Shown one piece after another: positions 45,012 through 54,599 of a stretch of 64,000 nucleotides of DNA. Source of the DNA: Pseudomonadota bacterium (GTDB taxonomy: Bacteria; Pseudomonadota; Alphaproteobacteria; Rhodobacterales; Rhodobacteraceae); NCBI GenBank assembly GCA_038525395.1, contig JBCBHS010000002.1:158863-222862 (forward strand). Direction: 5' to 3'. Position numbers and translations under genes: made by a program. The first letter of the stretch is position 1; the number at the start of each line of letters is the position of its first letter. The notes below the pieces were generated by a model. The model made no database searches, was not told where the DNA came from, and saw nothing but the letters and a program-made list of their open reading frames with translations.

Positions 45012-46520
45012 ATGAAAACCGAGTATGATCATATCGTTGTGGGCGGTGGCTCTGCTGGATGCGCGGTGGCTGCGCGTCTTGCCGAACGACCGGGCGCACG
45101 CGTGCTGGTGATCGAGGCGGGGCCATCGGATACCGACATCCGCGTGCGGGTGCCCTTTGGCCTGGTGCCGCTGATGCGCTCGGACCGGCGCAACTGGAAA
45201 CGCCAGACGGTGCCCATGGCTGCCGCAGGCGGTCGCCGCGTGGCGGTACCGCGGGGCAAGATGCTGGGCGGGTCGGGTTCGATCAACTCGATGGTCTGGT
45301 TTCGCGGCTGTCGCGCGGATTTCGACGCCTGGGGCCTGCCCGGCTGGGACAGTGCCACCGTTTGGCAGGCGTTTGACGCGGTCGAGGCGCGGATGACGCC
45401 CCGCCGCCTGCCGCACCCCCATGCCTTGTCCGACGCCTTTGGAGCGGTCTTTCCCGCCAATGATCCGGGCGCGCCGCCCACGCCCGAACGGCAAAGCGCG
45501 GGCGTGTTTCACACCAACATGCGCAACGGCGCACGGTGGTCCGCGGCAGACGGGTTCCTGCGCCCCAGCGGCGCAGAGGTGCTGACCGGGACCGAGGTGG
45601 ACCAGGTTTGCTTTGACGGGCAACGCGCCACTGGCGTCCGCTTGCGCGACGGTCGGCAGATTTCGGCGCGTGCTGGCGTTGTCCTGTCGGCAGGCAGTAT
45701 CGAAAGCCCGATGATCCTCATGCGCTCTGGCATCGGACCGGGGGACGACCTGCGCGCCGCAGACATCGACGTGCGCATTGACCAGCCGGGCGTGGGGGCA
45801 AACCTGCACGATCACCCAGGCTTTGGCCTGCATTTTAAGGGCCGCGGATCGGGCTATGGCCTGACCCTCGCACAACTGCCCGCCTGGGGCATTGCGCCGC
45901 TGCAGTGGTGGCTGGCGCGGTCGGGGCGGCTGACCTCGAACACGGTCGAGGCGGGGGCGTTCTACAGCGTTTCAGACAGCGGTACACCTGACATCCAAAC
46001 CCATTTCCTGCCCTTCCTCACGGGTTGGCAGGGACGGGCGATCATCTGGGGCGCGGGCTATTTCGCCGATGTGTGCCTGTGCCAGCCCCGCTCGCGCGGG
46101 CGGCTGCGCATCGGGGCAGATCGCTATAGCCCGCAGATCGACCTGAACCTGTTCGGCGATCCTTGGGACCTCGACATGATGACCCGGGGCGTTGCCCGCC
46201 TGCGCCAGCTGCTGGACAGCGCCGATTTCGGCCCGCGCCGCGCACCCGAGGCGTTCCCCGGCCCGCAGGTCACCGGTGACGCCCTGCGCGCGGTGATCCG
46301 CACGCGCGCAGGCACGGCCTATCACCCGGTGGGCACCGTCGCCTTGGGCGGCCCGCTGGATGCGCAGGGCGCGGTCAAGGGCACGCAGAACCTGTGGGTC
46401 GCGGACGCCTCCGTCATGCCGCGCATCACCTCTGCCAACACCAACGCGCCGTCGATGATGATCGGCTGGCAGATCGGCGGCCACGTGGCCGCCACCGCCG
46501 CAGAAAGGACAGCAGCATGA
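45012..46520 (+). CDS. GMC-family FAD oxidoreductase (choline-dehydrogenase-like), embedded in the ABC operon
   Basis: 502 aa. N-terminal FAD motif YDHIVVGGGSAGCAVAARLAE, GMC signature region GGSGSINSMVW, C-terminal GTAYHPVGT. The stop overlaps the permease start (ATGA). Confidence 0.92.
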   Translation: MKTEYDHIVVGGGSAGCAVAARLAERPGARVLVIEAGPSDTDIRVRVPFGLVPLMRSDRRNWKRQTVPMAAAGGRRVAVPRGKMLGGSGSINSMVWFRGCRADFDAWGLPGWDSATVWQAFDAVEARMTPRRLPHPHALSDAFGAVFPANDPGAPPTPERQSAGVFHTNMRNGARWSAADGFLRPSGAEVLTGTEVDQVCFDGQRATGVRLRDGRQISARAGVVLSAGSIESPMILMRSGIGPGDDLRAADIDVRIDQPGVGANLHDHPGFGLHFKGRGSGYGLTLAQLPAWGIAPLQWWLARSGRLTSNTVEAGAFYSVSDSGTPDIQTHFLPFLTGWQGRAIIWGAGYFADVCLCQPRSRGRLRIGADRYSPQIDLNLFGDPWDLDMMTRGVARLRQLLDSADFGPRRAPEAFPGPQVTGDALRAVIRTRAGTAYHPVGTVALGGPLDAQGAVKGTQNLWVADASVMPRITSANTNAPSMMIGWQIGGHVAATAAERTAA

Positions 46521-47545
46521 AGTTCAAGACCTTCTTCTGGTTCGTAGGGCCGTCCGTCTTTATGATGCTCTTGTTCATCGCGGCACCGCTGATTTCGGTG
46601 TTCCTGCAGTCGTTCCAGATCACCCAGCCCGTCGTCGAACGGGTCGAGGTGGAAACCTGCACGCCAGGCTTCCTCACCCAGACTTGCACGACGGAAGTCA
46701 AGACGATCCCCGTGATCGACGAGACCACGGGCAAGACGATGACCACGACCGAATGGGTCGGCTTGCAAAGCTATCAAAACGTGCTGCAGATGGACAAATT
46801 CTGGTCCGCCCTCGGCTCGGGCAACTGGAGCGCCATCCTGCAAATCGACTTTTGGAAGGCCCTGCGCTTTACGCTGATGTTTACGCTGGTGACGCTGCCC
46901 CTGGTGATCGGGGTGGGCCTGGCCATCGCGCTTGCGGTCAACAACGCGGCCAAGTCATTGCGCGGGCCGGTGATCTTTATCTCGCTTCTGCCGTTCATCA
47001 TCACGCCTGTGATCGGATCGCTGTCGATCTATTGGCTGTTTGTGGGTGACGGTATCCTCACGACCACGCTCGAACGCTGGCTGGATCGCGACATCGCCAT
47101 GTTTGCGCAGGCCTGGACGATCGAGCTGTTGATGTATTTCTACCGTGTCTGGCACGTGGCGCCCTTTGCCTTCGTGATCTTCTACGCAGGTCTGCAGACT
47201 GTGAACATGGACACGCTGGAAAGCGCGATCATCGACGGTGCCAACCGGTTTGAACGCCTGCGCTATGTGATTGTGCCGCATCTGATGCCGCTAATCATCT
47301 TTATCGCGCTCATCCACCTGATGGACTGCTACCGCGTGTTCGAAGAGGTCATCGGCTTCCGCAGCCAGGCGCATGTGATCTCGCTCCAGTGGCTGACCTT
47401 TGACTTCCTCACGCCGGATGATGCGGGCAACCGGGCGATCAGCCGGGCCTCGGCCAGCGCAATGCTGACCATGATCGGGATCGTCATCCTGCTGATCCTG
47501 CCACTGCGCCGCACCTGGCGCGACCATAAGGGAGGGGCGCACTGA
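46517..47545 (+). CDS. ABC transporter permease (MalF-like, long first periplasmic loop)
   Basis: ATG 46517 overlaps the GMC stop. 342 aa. BPD_transp_1 EAA-type loop DTLESAIIDGANRFERLRYVIVP. Confidence 0.88.
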   Translation: MKFKTFFWFVGPSVFMMLLFIAAPLISVFLQSFQITQPVVERVEVETCTPGFLTQTCTTEVKTIPVIDETTGKTMTTTEWVGLQSYQNVLQMDKFWSALGSGNWSAILQIDFWKALRFTLMFTLVTLPLVIGVGLAIALAVNNAAKSLRGPVIFISLLPFIITPVIGSLSIYWLFVGDGILTTTLERWLDRDIAMFAQAWTIELLMYFYRVWHVAPFAFVIFYAGLQTVNMDTLESAIIDGANRFERLRYVIVPHLMPLIIFIALIHLMDCYRVFEEVIGFRSQAHVISLQWLTFDFLTPDDAGNRAISRASASAMLTMIGIVILLILPLRRTWRDHKGGAH

Positions 47546-48699
47546 TGGCCTCGAAAGCAACGGCACAGCCGCTCTCGCTCAAGATCGCATCCGGCACCTT
47601 CCTCGCCTTCTGGTGCGTGCTGGCGGCCTTCCCGATCTTCTGGATCGCGGTGATGAGCTTCAAGTCCCCCCGCGACGCCTTTGCCGCCTCCGCCTGGGAC
47701 GTGATCACCGGACCGGTCACGCGCGCGTCCGGCAACGGTCTGTCCGTCCTCGACATCGTGCTGGGGCTGGCCTTTCTGTTCTTTGCCATCCGCTGGGCGT
47801 TCACAGGTCTGCCTGGCCTCGTCGCGCGCTATACCCCACCTGCCTGGATTGTGCTGGGCTGGCTGGTGGGCGCCGCCGTCTATGCGCTGGTCTTCGTCCT
47901 TGTATTCTTTGGCGTGCTGCCGCTGGTCTTTGGCGCGCTCAACAGCATTGCAGGCCCGCTGGGCGTGCCGATCCTGGGGCTCACAACCGAACACTATGTG
48001 GCGGTGTGGGTCGAGAATGAGTTTTACCGCAACTTCATGAACTCGATGATCGTGACGGCGGGTGTGGTCACCGTGTCGCTGACCGTGGGCACCTTGGCAG
48101 GCTACGGCCTTGCGCGGTCCGGCTCGAACCTCGCCTTCTGGCTCCTGATCTTTGCCCTCATCTTTCGCGCCCTGCCGCACTCGGTGCTGGTCGCGGGCTA
48201 TCTGCCCTGGTTCATCAACTCGGCCGAGATCCTGCGCCCCATCTTCGGAGAGATTTCGCCCACGCTCTACGGGCAACCCTGGGCGGTGATCGCGGTGCTG
48301 GTGGCGATCAACCAGCCGTTCACCATCTGGATGCTCCGCTCCTTCTTCCAAAACATCCCGTCCGAACTGGACGAGGCCGCGCGCGTCGACGGCTGCAGCC
48401 ATTTCCAAGCCTTCCGCCGCGTGATCATGCCGGTCATGTGGCCAGGGGTGATCACCACAGGGCTCTTTTCCTTCCTGCTGGGCTATAACGACTTCCTGGT
48501 CACCGCCCTGCTACTCGATGCGCAAAACCAAACCATGGTGCCGTCCATCGTCGGCTACTTTAACCGCGAGACGACGACGACCGACCAGGTCGAGGCCGTG
48601 GCCGCCGCGGTGTCGATCACGGCCCCGCTCTTTCTGCTGGTGATGGTGTTCCAACGCCAGATCGTGTCGGGCCTGACGGCCGGGGCGGTGAAAGGCTAA
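47545..48699 (+). CDS. ABC transporter permease (MalG-like)
   Basis: 384 aa. The ATG overlaps the upstream TGA. EAA loop ELDEAARVDGCSHFQAFRRVIMP. Confidence 0.88.
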   Translation: MASKATAQPLSLKIASGTFLAFWCVLAAFPIFWIAVMSFKSPRDAFAASAWDVITGPVTRASGNGLSVLDIVLGLAFLFFAIRWAFTGLPGLVARYTPPAWIVLGWLVGAAVYALVFVLVFFGVLPLVFGALNSIAGPLGVPILGLTTEHYVAVWVENEFYRNFMNSMIVTAGVVTVSLTVGTLAGYGLARSGSNLAFWLLIFALIFRALPHSVLVAGYLPWFINSAEILRPIFGEISPTLYGQPWAVIAVLVAINQPFTIWMLRSFFQNIPSELDEAARVDGCSHFQAFRRVIMPVMWPGVITTGLFSFLLGYNDFLVTALLLDAQNQTMVPSIVGYFNRETTTTDQVEAVAAAVSITAPLFLLVMVFQRQIVSGLTAGAVKG

Positions 48700-48702
48700 G
48701 CG

Positions 48703-48747
48703 TTTCTTCTGACCAAAAATACCTCGGGGTCCGGGGCAGCGCCCCGG
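48703..48747. repeat. Intergenic composite repeat, copy R5 (reverse arm variant plus CCGGGGC-agc-GCCCCGG hairpin)
   Basis: TTTCTTCTGACCAAAAATACCTCGGGG is the reverse complement of CCCCGAGGTATTTTTGGTCAGAAGAAA. Hairpin at 48731-48747. Confidence 0.55.
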
Positions 48748-48780
48748 TCCTGCCGCCACCCCATAGAAAAGGCTGTACCA

Positions 48781-49326
48781 ATGAAGGGTTCCCGCCCCGA
48801 ACAAGCGACACTGACACGCGATACCGACCTCAGCAAAACCGACGCCACCCGCGCCGTGATCGAAGGCATGGTGGACGGCCTGAACGACCACCGCATCGAC
48901 GATATCGGCCAGTTCTTCGCCCAAAACTTTCGCTGGATGGGCAACACGGGCTGCGGCACCAAGACCGGGCTGCGAGAGTTTCAAGACAACTGGCAACGCC
49001 CGTTCCAGGCGGCGTTCAGCGACAAGGTCTGCGTGGATGAGGCGCGGCTTTACATGGGCGAATGGGCCGCGGCCTTTGGGCGGCAAGAGGCCACGCATTC
49101 AGGCACGTTCATGGGTATCGCGCCGACCGGCAAGCGGGTCGAGATCCGGTATATGGACTTCTGGAAGGTCGAAGAGGACCGCATCACCGACAATTACGTG
49201 ATGGTCGATTTTCCCCACGTGCTGGCCCAACTGGGCCGGGACGTTTTCGATGGCGAAGGTTGGGAGGCCTTCGATCGCGGCGAAAAGACCCCGCCGCGTC
49301 CTGTCCCAAAGAACACGGGCAACTGA
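48781..49326 (+). CDS. Single-domain SnoaL/NTF2-like (ester-cyclase-like) protein, P5
   Basis: 181 aa. MDFWKVEEDRITDNYVMVDFPHVLAQLGRDVF mirrors the C-domain signature of P1-P3. Confidence 0.7.
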   Translation: MKGSRPEQATLTRDTDLSKTDATRAVIEGMVDGLNDHRIDDIGQFFAQNFRWMGNTGCGTKTGLREFQDNWQRPFQAAFSDKVCVDEARLYMGEWAAAFGRQEATHSGTFMGIAPTGKRVEIRYMDFWKVEEDRITDNYVMVDFPHVLAQLGRDVFDGEGWEAFDRGEKTPPRPVPKNTGN

Positions 49327-49335
49327 GGTGACGAG

Positions 49336-50664
49336 ATGACGATTGAATATTTGAAACGCGGCAAGCCAGAGGCGGAGCGGGCCGAAGACGACGCCAAGAC
49401 GCGCACCATTGTGGAGGCGACGCTGGCGGATATCGAATCGCGCGGCGATGCCGCCGTGCGGGCGCTGTCCGAAAAGTTCGATGATTATAGCCCCGACAGC
49501 TTTCGCCTGAGCCAAGCCGAGATCGACGCGCTGATCGCCGAGCTGAGCCCGCGCGAGTTGGAGGATATCAAGTTCGCGCAACAACAGGTGCGCGATTTTG
49601 CCGAAGCACAGCGCGCCTCGATGCTGGACATCGAGGTCGAGACGATGCCGGGCGTGATCCTGGGCCACAAGAACATCCCCGTCCAATCGGTGGGGTGCTA
49701 TGTGCCGGGCGGCAAGTTTCCCATGGTCGCCTCGGCCCACATGTCCGTGGCCACCGCCAGCGTTGCGGGTGTGCCCCGCATTATCGCCTGCACGCCGCCC
49801 TGGCAGGGCAAACCCAACCCGGCGGTGATCGCGGCCATGCATCTGGGCGGCGCGCATGAGATTTACGTCATGGGTGGTATCCAGGCGGTGGGCGCCATGG
49901 CCATCGGGACCGAAACGATTGATCCGGTACATATGCTCGTGGGGCCCGGCAATGCCTTTGTGGCCGAAGCCAAGCGCCAGCTTTTTGGCCGCGTGGGCAT
50001 CGACCTCTTTGCAGGTCCGACCGAGACGATGGTGATCGCCGATGACACGGTCGACGCCGAGATGTGCGCGACGGACCTCTTGGGCCAGGCCGAGCATGGC
50101 TACAACTCCCCGGCTGTTCTGCTCACCAACTCGCGCAAATTGGCGGAGGCGACGATCGACGAAGTGGACAGAATTTTGAAAATTCTGCCCACAGCGGAGA
50201 CCGCAGCGACATCTTGGGCGGACTACGGCGAGATTATCCTTTGCGACACCTACGAAGAGATGCTGGCGGTTGCCGATGATGTGGCCTCGGAACACGTGCA
50301 GGTGATGACCGACCGCGACGATTGGTTTTTGGAGCATATGACGTGCTACGGCGCGCTGTTCCTTGGCCCCCGGACCAATGTCGCCAATGGGGACAAGGTC
50401 ATCGGCACCAACCACACCCTGCCCACCAAAAAGGCGGGGCGGTATACTGGCGGTCTGTGGGTCGGCAAGTACCTCAAGACCCACAGCTATCAGAAGGTGC
50501 TGACAGACGAAGCGGCGGCGGAGATTGGCGCGTATGGCTCGCGGCTGTGCATGCTTGAAGGGTTTGTCGGCCATGCCGAGCAGTGCAATCTGCGGGTGCG
50601 CCGCTATGGCGGGGTGAACGTGCCCTATGGGGAGGGCGCACCTGCCCGCGACGCGGCGGAGTAG
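49336..50664 (+). CDS. Histidinol-dehydrogenase-family (HisD-like) NAD-dependent dehydrogenase, non-histidine context
   Basis: 442 aa. HisD-type blocks [59 protein letters not shown] and NHTLPT are present. No his genes are nearby. Confidence 0.88.
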   Translation: MTIEYLKRGKPEAERAEDDAKTRTIVEATLADIESRGDAAVRALSEKFDDYSPDSFRLSQAEIDALIAELSPRELEDIKFAQQQVRDFAEAQRASMLDIEVETMPGVILGHKNIPVQSVGCYVPGGKFPMVASAHMSVATASVAGVPRIIACTPPWQGKPNPAVIAAMHLGGAHEIYVMGGIQAVGAMAIGTETIDPVHMLVGPGNAFVAEAKRQLFGRVGIDLFAGPTETMVIADDTVDAEMCATDLLGQAEHGYNSPAVLLTNSRKLAEATIDEVDRILKILPTAETAATSWADYGEIILCDTYEEMLAVADDVASEHVQVMTDRDDWFLEHMTCYGALFLGPRTNVANGDKVIGTNHTLPTKKAGRYTGGLWVGKYLKTHSYQKVLTDEAAAEIGAYGSRLCMLEGFVGHAEQCNLRVRRYGGVNVPYGEGAPARDAAE

Positions 50665-50701
50665 CGCAATACTCCAGCGGCGTGGTGCTTGAGGTGGAGT
50701 T

Positions 50702-50756
50702 GGGGGGCTTTGCCCCCCGGCTGCGCCTCCCCCCAGGATTTTTTGGAACAGAGAAG
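50702..50756. repeat. Intergenic composite repeat, copy R6 (hairpin plus forward arm)
   Basis: GGGGGGC-ttt-GCCCCCC (50702-50718) followed by CCTCCCCCCAGGATTTTTTGGAACAGAGAAG (50727-50756). Confidence 0.65.
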
Positions 50757-50765
50757 TAGACCCCC

Positions 50766-51776
50766 GTGGCCGAAAGCGACAACCAGCGGAACAAAGAGAC
50801 GGCCTTGGCCTTGTGGGCGGCATTGGACAGCGATCCTGCCACGGCGCTGGGCCATTTGGATCATGTTGGGCACTGGCAGGGGCCGGAGCCTGTCGGGGTT
50901 CAGACCACTGGATCTGGCATCGTGGAAAGCTTGTTTGCGCCGTTGCGGGCGGCGATCCCGAATTTGCGGCGTGAGACGCATATCTTTTTGGGGGGGCAAT
51001 CCTCCGCCCATGAGGATGGCGCGGGAGACGGTGCGTGGTGGGTGGCCGGGACCGGTTATTACACGGGGCGGGCTGTGCGGGACGTGTTTGGCATACCGGC
51101 GACGGATCACGATCTGCGTATTCGGTGGGGCGAGTTTTTGCGCTTTGACGCGGCGGGGCGGATCACCCATGCGCAGACCATTTGGGATTTTGTCGATTGG
51201 TGCGACCAGATCGGGCGCCCGGTGCTGCCGCCCCCGCGCGGGGCGCTGCACGTCTATCCTGCACCCACCGCATATGACGGTGTGCTGGCCGATCCGCAGG
51301 ATGTGGGCGAGACGGCGGAAACGCTGCGCTTTGGCCGCGACTTCATCTTTGGCGGGCTGAACAAGTTTGACGAAAGCGATCTGTCCAGCATGGGCATGGC
51401 GCGCTTTTTCCATCCGAATATCAAGTGGTATGGACCTGGCGGCATCGGTGCGTGCCTATCGCTGTCCGAGTTTGAGATGCGGCACCAGCAGCCCTGGCTG
51501 ACCGCCTTCCCTGACCGCAAGGTCATGCATCTCGAGAGCCTCTTTGCCGAGGATCGGATGCTGGCGGCCTCTGGCCCCATGGGCGTTGTGGGCAGCCATG
51601 GTGGTCCGTATTTGGGCCATGCCGCGACCGGTGCGCGGATCGAGGTGTCGGGCCTAGATTTCTGGCTGCGCACGGGCGGGCAATTTACCGAGAACTGGGT
51701 GTTTGTGGACATGGTACATCTATTTCAGCAGATGGGGATCGACCTGTTGGGCCGCGTGCAGGGGCAGGGCGGATGA
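50766..51776 (+). CDS. Two-domain SnoaL/NTF2-like protein, paralogue P2
   Basis: 336 aa (GTG start, weak SD). C-domain WYGPGGIG, FPDR, DFWL, ENWVFVD, QQMGIDL. The stop overlaps the P3 start (ATGA). Confidence 0.68.
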   Translation: MAESDNQRNKETALALWAALDSDPATALGHLDHVGHWQGPEPVGVQTTGSGIVESLFAPLRAAIPNLRRETHIFLGGQSSAHEDGAGDGAWWVAGTGYYTGRAVRDVFGIPATDHDLRIRWGEFLRFDAAGRITHAQTIWDFVDWCDQIGRPVLPPPRGALHVYPAPTAYDGVLADPQDVGETAETLRFGRDFIFGGLNKFDESDLSSMGMARFFHPNIKWYGPGGIGACLSLSEFEMRHQQPWLTAFPDRKVMHLESLFAEDRMLAASGPMGVVGSHGGPYLGHAATGARIEVSGLDFWLRTGGQFTENWVFVDMVHLFQQMGIDLLGRVQGQGG

Positions 51777-52822
51777 CCGATACGCATAGCGCCAACAAAG
51801 CCCTGATCGCGCCGTTGCGGGCGGCCATGTACGACTTTGACCTGGCCGCGTTGCGCCAGGTTTTGCACGACATCTGCGCATCCGACGTGGTCTTTCGCCT
51901 GGCCTTTCCGTTTGAAAGTATCGTGGGCGTGGATGCCTATGTCGACGCCGTCTATGCCCCCCTGCTGGCGGCCTGGCCGGACATGGAGCGGCGGGATCAC
52001 ATCGTGATGGCTGGCCCCACGCCTGAAGGGCACGATTGGGTTGGCTGTGGCGGATACTATACGGGCACGTTTGGCGCGCCCTGGCTGGACATCCCGCCCA
52101 CAGGCCACGTGGTGCACATGCGTCATCACGAATTTTACCGCATTGCCTCGGGCAGGATTGTCGAGATGCAGGCGCTGTGGGACATCCCCGAGGTGGTGAT
52201 GCAGGCGGGCGCCTGGCCGATGGTGCCGTCGCTGGGGCGCGAATGGCACGTGCCTGGCCCTGCGACCAGCGATGGGCTGGTGCCCGGCCCCTATGACGCG
52301 CAGGCGGGGCAGGCCACGTGCGCACAAATCATCGACATGCTCACCCATATGAAGAAACACCCCGGCCAAGGCGGGCCCGAAGTGATGGAGATGGCGCGGT
52401 TCTGGCATCCCAAGATGATGTGGTACGGGCCTGGCGGTATCGGCACGGGCCGCGGGATTGCGGGCTTTCGCAACTGGCACCAGATCCCGTTCCTGAACGC
52501 GATGCCGGACCGCGGGCAATATGTGGAGGACATCACCTATCACTTCTTTGGCGACCGGAACTATGCCGCCGTGACAGGCTGGCCAGACATGTACCAGACG
52601 GTCACGCATGGGGGCTGGCTAGGCCTGCCACCAACCCATAAGAAGATCGAGATGCGCAGCCTGGATTTTTGGCGCGTTGAAAACGGTCTGATACGGGAGA
52701 ATTGGGTGATGGTGGACATGTTGCAGATGTACGACCAACTGGGCGTCGACGTGTTTGCGCGGCTGCGCGAGTTCAACAAGGCACGCGCCGGGTTTGACCC
52801 AGACACTGGGTGCGCGCTGTGA
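51773..52822 (+). CDS. Two-domain SnoaL/NTF2-like protein, paralogue P3
   Basis: 349 aa. C-domain WYGPGGIG, MPDR, DFWR, ENWVMVD, DQLGVDV. The N-domain (YYTGTFGAPWLDIPPTGH...EFYRI) parallels P1 and P2. Confidence 0.72.
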   Translation: MTDTHSANKALIAPLRAAMYDFDLAALRQVLHDICASDVVFRLAFPFESIVGVDAYVDAVYAPLLAAWPDMERRDHIVMAGPTPEGHDWVGCGGYYTGTFGAPWLDIPPTGHVVHMRHHEFYRIASGRIVEMQALWDIPEVVMQAGAWPMVPSLGREWHVPGPATSDGLVPGPYDAQAGQATCAQIIDMLTHMKKHPGQGGPEVMEMARFWHPKMMWYGPGGIGTGRGIAGFRNWHQIPFLNAMPDRGQYVEDITYHFFGDRNYAAVTGWPDMYQTVTHGGWLGLPPTHKKIEMRSLDFWRVENGLIRENWVMVDMLQMYDQLGVDVFARLREFNKARAGFDPDTGCAL

Positions 52823-53580
52823 CCGCGCTGCCTCGCACCCCGTCGCTGGATCTGAGCGGCAAGCGCGCTTTGGTCACCGGCGCCTCGTCCGGCATCGGCC
52901 TGGGCTGCGCTGTGGCCTTGGCCGAGGCGGGCGCGCATGTGGTCTGTGCCGCACGCCGGGCGGAGGTATTGCAGGATGTCGTGTCGGCCATGACCGACCA
53001 AGGCTGGTCGGCTGAAGCGTTGCAGCTGGACCAGACCGACCTGGCCAGCCTGCGCACTGCGTTTTCGGATGCCTTCGACGTGGTTGTGAACTCGGCCGGC
53101 CTGGCGCGGCACGGGCCTGCGGTCGAGGCGACGCCTGAGGATTTTGACGCGGTGGTTAGCATCAACTTGCGCAGCGCATATTTCCTGTCGGCCTATGCGG
53201 CGCAGGCGCTGATGGCGGCGGACAAGCCGGGGTCAATCATCCACATCTCGTCCCAGATGGGCCATGTGGGCGGCATTGACCGCAGTGTCTATTGCGCAAC
53301 GAAACATGGGGTGGAGGGCATGGTCAAGGCCATGGCCATCGAGTGGGGCAAGGCGGGCATTCGCATCAACACGATCTGCCCGACCTTCATCCGTACCGCG
53401 CTGACGCAATCCACCTTTGAGAACCCAGCGCGGCTGGCTTGGATCATGGACAAGATCAAGCTGCCGCGCGTGGGCGAGGTCGAGGACATCATGGGCGCGG
53501 TCCAATTTCTGGCCTCGGACGCGTCAGGCATGGTCACGGGCACTTCGATGCTGATCGACGGAGGCTGGACAGCGGACTGA
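52810..53580 (+). CDS. SDR-family oxidoreductase
   Basis: TGASSGIGLG cofactor motif and catalytic YCATKHG (YxxxK). The start is GTG 52810 or GTG 52819; the latter makes a GTGA overlap with the P3 stop. Confidence 0.9.
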   Translation: MRAVTALPRTPSLDLSGKRALVTGASSGIGLGCAVALAEAGAHVVCAARRAEVLQDVVSAMTDQGWSAEALQLDQTDLASLRTAFSDAFDVVVNSAGLARHGPAVEATPEDFDAVVSINLRSAYFLSAYAAQALMAADKPGSIIHISSQMGHVGGIDRSVYCATKHGVEGMVKAMAIEWGKAGIRINTICPTFIRTALTQSTFENPARLAWIMDKIKLPRVGEVEDIMGAVQFLASDASGMVTGTSMLIDGGWTAD

Positions 53581-54599
53581 TGGGCGAGAAGGTGACAGCG
53601 CTGGATGTGGCGGAGCGGGCGGGCGTCTCGCGCTCGGCCGTCAGCCGCGTCTTTACGCCTGGGGCCTCGGTGTCGAAACATACGGCAGCGAAGGTGCGAC
53701 AGGCGGCGGATGCGTTGGGCTATCGCCCCAACGTGCTGGCGCGCAGCCTGATCACCGGGCGCAGCCGTATCATCGGCCTTGTCGTCGCCTATCTGGAAAA
53801 CCAGTTCTATCCCGAAGCGATCGAACGGCTGAGCCGCACCTTGCAAGAGCAAGGCTATCACGTGCTGGTCTTCATGGCTTCGAACTCGGTCGATGAGGCC
53901 GACGAGGTGATGGAAGAGCTGTTGGATTACCAGGTCGATGGGATCATCGCGGCCAGCGTGGGCATGTCGAACGACCTCACCCGGCGGTGCGAGGCGGCGG
54001 GCATCCCCATCGTGCTGTTCAACCGCGCGCAAGACGACGACCGGCTGTCGGCGGTCACGTCCGACAACTACCACGGCGGGCGCAAGCTGGCCGAGTTTCT
54101 GGTTGCCGGTGGCCACGCCCGCATCGCGCATATCGCGGGGTGGGAGGGCGCCTCGACCCAGCGGGACCGCGAGGCGGGGTTTGTCGCGGGGCTGCGCGCC
54201 TCGGGTCAGACGCTGGCGGCGCGGGGTGTGAGTGATTTTGACTTTGAGCGCGCGCAAGAGGTCGCGCGCGAGATGTTTGCAGGCCCCGACCGGCCTGATG
54301 CGGTGTTCTGCGCCAACGACCACATGGCCTTTGCCGTGATGGATGTGCTGCGGTTCGAGCTGGGGATATCGGTGCCGGGGGATGTGTCTGTCGTGGGCTA
54401 TGACGACGTGACGCTTGCGGCCTGGCCCAGCTATGACCTGACGACCGTACGCCAACCCGCGGGCCAGATGGCGCAGGCCTGCGTCGATATTCTGATGGAT
54501 CGCCTTGCTGATCCTGACACCAAACCCCGCCGTGTGGCGTTGGATGGCCCGCTCATCCTGCGCGGATCGGCCCGCAGACCCAAAGGATGGACGCCATGA
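53580..54599 (+). CDS. LacI-family transcriptional regulator, embedded mid-operon
   Basis: ATG 53580 shares one base with the SDR stop (TGATG). HTH VTALDVAERAGVSRSAVSRVF and a periplasmic-binding-protein-like sugar-binding core. The stop overlaps the P4 start (ATGA). Confidence 0.9.
   Translation: MGEKVTALDVAERAGVSRSAVSRVFTPGASVSKHTAAKVRQAADALGYRPNVLARSLITGRSRIIGLVVAYLENQFYPEAIERLSRTLQEQGYHVLVFMASNSVDEADEVMEELLDYQVDGIIAASVGMSNDLTRRCEAAGIPIVLFNRAQDDDRLSAVTSDNYHGGRKLAEFLVAGGHARIAHIAGWEGASTQRDREAGFVAGLRASGQTLAARGVSDFDFERAQEVAREMFAGPDRPDAVFCANDHMAFAVMDVLRFELGISVPGDVSVVGYDDVTLAAWPSYDLTTVRQPAGQMAQACVDILMDRLADPDTKPRRVALDGPLILRGSARRPKGWTP

Noticed and set aside
49336-50664. Annotating the HisD-like gene as biosynthetic hisD or as sulfopropanediol dehydrogenase hpsN.
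   Set aside because: The context is catabolic, not his-operon. Nothing else in the locus is sulfonate-specific (no desulfonating lyase, sulfite exporter or TRAP hpsKLM-like transporter). Family membership alone cannot fix the substrate.
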